Of a DNA stretch of 43,433 nucleotides, positions 43,281 through 43,433 are shown one piece after another. The translations under genes and the position numbers were made by a program. Location: contig JALOQL010000002.1 of NCBI GenBank assembly GCA_025453415.1, positions 1 through 43,433 of the forward strand. Reading direction: 5' to 3'. Position 1 is the stretch's first letter. Each line of letters starts with the position of its first letter. The notes under the pieces were generated by a model. The model was not told the DNA's origin, searched no databases, and was given only the letters and a program-made list of their open reading frames with translations. Source of the DNA: Minisyncoccota bacterium. GTDB taxonomy: Bacteria > Patescibacteriota > Minisyncoccia > Minisyncoccales > UBA5738.

Positions 43281-43433
43281 CAAACCGCTTGCCTTGATCT
43301 CCATACGAAGATTGCCCTCTGCATGGCCCCAATCTATTTCCTCCTATTGGTGAAGGTGCAGGTCACCTTCATCCCCTTGGACATCTTGAAGCTTTGGACA
43401 AAATTTATTTGCGACATGCTCGACGAGCACGAC

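Noticed and set aside
43281-43300. JUMPStart/ops-like antitermination element upstream of the operon
   Set aside because: The minus strand reads AAGCGGTTTGG, which only partly resembles the ops core GGCGGTAG. That is not a convincing match.
43086-43304. 72-aa minus-strand ORF overlapping the start of the metallopeptidase gene
   Set aside because: It spans the terminator hairpin and the 5' end of a well-supported gene in another frame, and its product is implausible.
43235-43324. 29-codon minus-strand mini-ORF (MQRAIFVWRSRQAVWHRGKASVLFNQGEL) spanning the terminator hairpin, considered as a possible leader peptide/attenuator
   Set aside because: The AGGAGG (rc of 43340-43345) lies 15 nt from the ATG, which is a poor spacing. 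The peptide shows no regulatory codon run. The idea is pure speculation without conservation data.
1-43433. CRISPR arrays, tRNA/rRNA genes, IS elements, integrases, toxin-antitoxin pairs or recognisable defence-system genes
   Set aside because: I found no spaced direct repeats, no cloverleaf-like or rRNA-like segments in the few intergenic regions, and no transposase, integrase or nuclease motifs in any supported ORF. This scan was by eye only and is not exhaustive.

Overview
This 43.4-kb window is almost entirely one very large Wzx/Wzy-dependent cell-surface glycan biosynthesis locus (O-antigen, capsule or S-layer-glycan type). I support 41 protein-coding genes. All but one are on the minus strand, packed with 4-20 nt overlaps or gaps of 27 nt or less. 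Three minus-strand blocks are visible. (i) 43222->11334 is a ~32-kb run of 30 genes. It opens with a secreted HExxH/peptidoglycan-binding protein, followed by a WbpA/B/E/D/I-type UDP-2,3-diacetamido-mannuronic-acid cassette, then glycosyltransferases (GT4, GT2), four SAM methyltransferases, a radical SAM enzyme, an AsnB-like amidotransferase, an MtaD-like deaminase, two Wzx-like proteins (one fused to a GT4), a Wzy-like protein, a PIG-L deacetylase, an LpxD-like acyltransferase and a PglC-type initiating transferase. (ii) 11191->6817 holds a ThDP-dependent E1 alpha/beta pair, an EamA transporter, an unknown protein and a Cof-type phosphatase. (iii) 5747->1 holds an aminotransferase, a CapD/PglF-type dehydratase, Wzz, and a Wzy_C+TPR membrane protein that runs off the window edge and is absent from the supplied ORF track. 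One low-GC orphan gene on the plus strand (5868-6782), with a near-consensus promoter, splits blocks ii and iii. I saw no rRNA, tRNA, CRISPR array, transposase or integrase. The many long plus-strand ORFs are antisense shadows of the minus-strand genes. Family calls rest on motifs and architectures read by eye, with no database search. Pathway and substrate statements are inference. The source organism is unknown; the coiled-coil + PG-binding protein and the Wzy_C+TPR protein recall uncultivated Patescibacteria-type genomes, but that is speculation.
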